Shown here: positions 62,474 to 64,000 of the stretch, piece after piece
How positions within the stretch are numbered: the first letter of the stretch is position 1
Layout: each line of letters begins with the position of its first letter
NCBI GenBank assembly: GCA_965224195.1
Contig: OZ245040.1
Coordinates: 1,568,001-1,632,000, forward strand
Source of the DNA: Nitrosopumilus sp.
GTDB lineage: Archaea > Thermoproteota > Nitrososphaeria > Nitrososphaerales > Nitrosopumilaceae
Length of the DNA: 64,000 nt
Reading direction: 5' to 3'
The notes under the pieces: model-generated
Databases searched by the model: none
Told to the model about the DNA's origin: nothing
What the model saw: the letters and a program-made list of their open reading frames with translations, nothing else
Position numbers and translations under genes: made by a program

Positions 62474-62917
62474 TCAACGAACAAAATCCTTCAACTCACA
62501 TCCACATGTTCCAAGCATTATCCCATATGTTTTTCCACCAATTTTGAATTTAGATCTACGTAATCTATCATGTGCAAAATAATTACTGTAGTTTTTTGCC
62601 AACAATATGAAAAATAATTCAAACTTATCTGTTCGATCAAAAGAAAGGGCAATTGATCTTGATTTTGTACCACTATTAACAAATTTTTCAATAATTTTAC
62701 CGACATCTAGCGAACTACTTTTCAGTTCAATTATGGCAATTTTTTTATTGTCTTGAAAAACTATACAATCGCACATTTTTTCAGGATTAGTTTTTACTAA
62801 TAATTCACCTTTTAACATTACAAAATTATGTGTATTTCCAATACGAATACTACATTTTTCATTACAGCAAGAAATTTTTGCTGCCAAATACTTGCGTCCA
62901 ATTTTTTGGAGGATCAT
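62474..62917 (-). CDS. Hypothetical protein, possible PD-(D/E)XK-type nuclease, coupled to the ATPase
   Basis: KMCDCIVF....IAIIELKS motif; ATGA overlap with the ATPase stop. Confidence 0.6.
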   Translation of the reverse strand: MILQKIGRKYLAAKISCCNEKCSIRIGNTHNFVMLKGELLVKTNPEKMCDCIVFQDNKKIAIIELKSSSLDVGKIIEKFVNSGTKSRSIALSFDRTDKFELFFILLAKNYSNYFAHDRLRRSKFKIGGKTYGIMLGTCGCELKDFVR

Positions 62918-64000
62918 TTTGAATTTTCAAGTAAATTTTGTCGTAGTTTAATAGATTCTGAATGAAGTAGTTCATTGACTTTTACAAATTCCTCTTGAGA
63001 TATTCCTTCTTCATCATTTATTTCAATTGGATGAATGATGTGTTCATTCTCCTTGTCTTGAACAAAGACATAGGGAGACACTTCTTCTGGTAACAAATAA
63101 TCATCTTCTCCAAATCCTAGTTTTTTCCTTGCTTTTGGTTCAATTTTACTAGCAAGCATGAATTTCCCTAATTGTTCCAATAAAAATACACTATGAGTAG
63201 TAATCAACACGTTTAGTCCTGCTCGAATCATTTTTACAAGATATTTTGCAAAAATTAATTGGTTTGTAGGATGCAAGTGTGCTTCCGGTTCTTCAATAAT
63301 CAATAGACTGCTAGAATAAACAATATGTTTTAGATATAATGAAAATGGTGCAATCTCTGAAATTGTTGAGGATGTTCTATGCAATGGAATCTCATTATTT
63401 GAAGAGCGATAAGTGATTTCAGGAAAAGCGCCCTTTGTACGAGCAGGTAATCTGATATGGCCATGAAGAAGTTCAGATTCTAACTGCTCAGCCAATTTAA
63501 AGAAGGGTCCAAAGCGATGAGGAATTAAAATAATATTTGAAATGAAGTCAGACACCACCCCAGTCAGCTTAGGCACTTCAAAAGATTCAATCCCGCCAAA
63601 GGGCGCACTTTTAATTATGCTTGCAGAAAGTGCTTTATGCCCCTGCAATATGCCTGATCTTGCTGCTGGAAAGTAATATGATTCGGCAGGAAGGGTGTCA
63701 TGTTTTAGTCGTTGAGATACTGACCGTATTAAAGTACTAGCAAGCTCATATTTCAAAAAGTCTTTTGCATTTTCTTTACTAATAGTTATTGTGATTACTC
63801 CGTTTTCCTCGCTTTCCATCATATAGTCCACTTCTTTTGGAGAGATCTTTACTTTGTATTTGAAATTAAAACTGGAGGCAGTTTTGACACTTAATTTTTT
63901 ATTTATCAAAATATTAAATTTAGTAGAATTTGAAACTGAAATTTGCGCTGATTTATGTTTCGCACTAATAAGTTCGGTGATTGGAGATGCAAAATTTCTA
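62914..64000 (-). CDS. ABC-type (AAA_15/AAA_21, AbiEii/OLD-like) ATPase, 5' end outside the window
   Basis: YFPAARSG, SSTISE, LLIIEEPEAHLHP and LITTHS motifs; frame is open to the window edge. Confidence 0.85.
   Translation of the reverse strand, partial: RNFASPITELISAKHKSAQISVSNSTKFNILINKKLSVKTASSFNFKYKVKISPKEVDYMMESEENGVITITISKENAKDFLKYELASTLIRSVSQRLKHDTLPAESYYFPAARSGILQGHKALSASIIKSAPFGGIESFEVPKLTGVVSDFISNIILIPHRFGPFFKLAEQLESELLHGHIRLPARTKGAFPEITYRSSNNEIPLHRTSSTISEIAPFSLYLKHIVYSSSLLIIEEPEAHLHPTNQLIFAKYLVKMIRAGLNVLITTHSVFLLEQLGKFMLASKIEPKARKKLGFGEDDYLLPEEVSPYVFVQDKENEHIIHPIEINDEEGISQEEFVKVNELLHSESIKLRQNLLENSK

Noticed and set aside
1-64000. tRNA, rRNA, integrase or cas genes
   Set aside because: None recognised by eye; a tRNAscan-SE/HMM run would be needed to exclude them formally.

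Overview
AT-rich archaeal chromosome segment that looks like a Nitrosopumilus-type ammonia-oxidising archaeon (Nitrosopumilaceae). The taxonomy is inferred from gene content: cdvC, PEFG-CTERM, a cupredoxin, a solitary atpF and an Fe-ADH. Bases 1-33.3 kb are mostly core genes: lsrF-like aldolase, Zn-dehydrogenase, atpF, carAB, cdvC, TrmB, RidA, citrate synthase, uvrBAC, an LLM oxidoreductase, Fe-ADH and glycerate kinase, plus a few small pseudogenes. From about 33.4 kb to the end is an accessory island. It opens with an IS6-like transposase remnant and two visibly more GC-rich giant surface-protein genes, each preceded by a poly-G tract. One is a 3183-aa beta-propeller/FN3 protein. The other is a ~2270-aa LVIVD-propeller protein with about 70 copies of a 60-bp repeat, next to a secreted protein resembling phage tail-collar/fibre proteins. 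Next comes a mosaic of mobile and defence parts: a 1.15-kb cassette bounded by 60-bp inverted repeats (Fic/Doc-like gene, small antisense gene, DUF3892-like gene), HicB, a DUF3800 fragment followed by a structured non-coding stretch, and a virus-like exonuclease module. It also holds an orphan 2-spacer CRISPR mini-array with two different type I-G(I-U)-like repeats, a RelBE-type pair, a near-identical second copy of the giant protein's C-terminal anchor, several decayed genes, and an ABC-ATPase plus putative nuclease pair. All calls come from motif recognition by eye; no searches were run.
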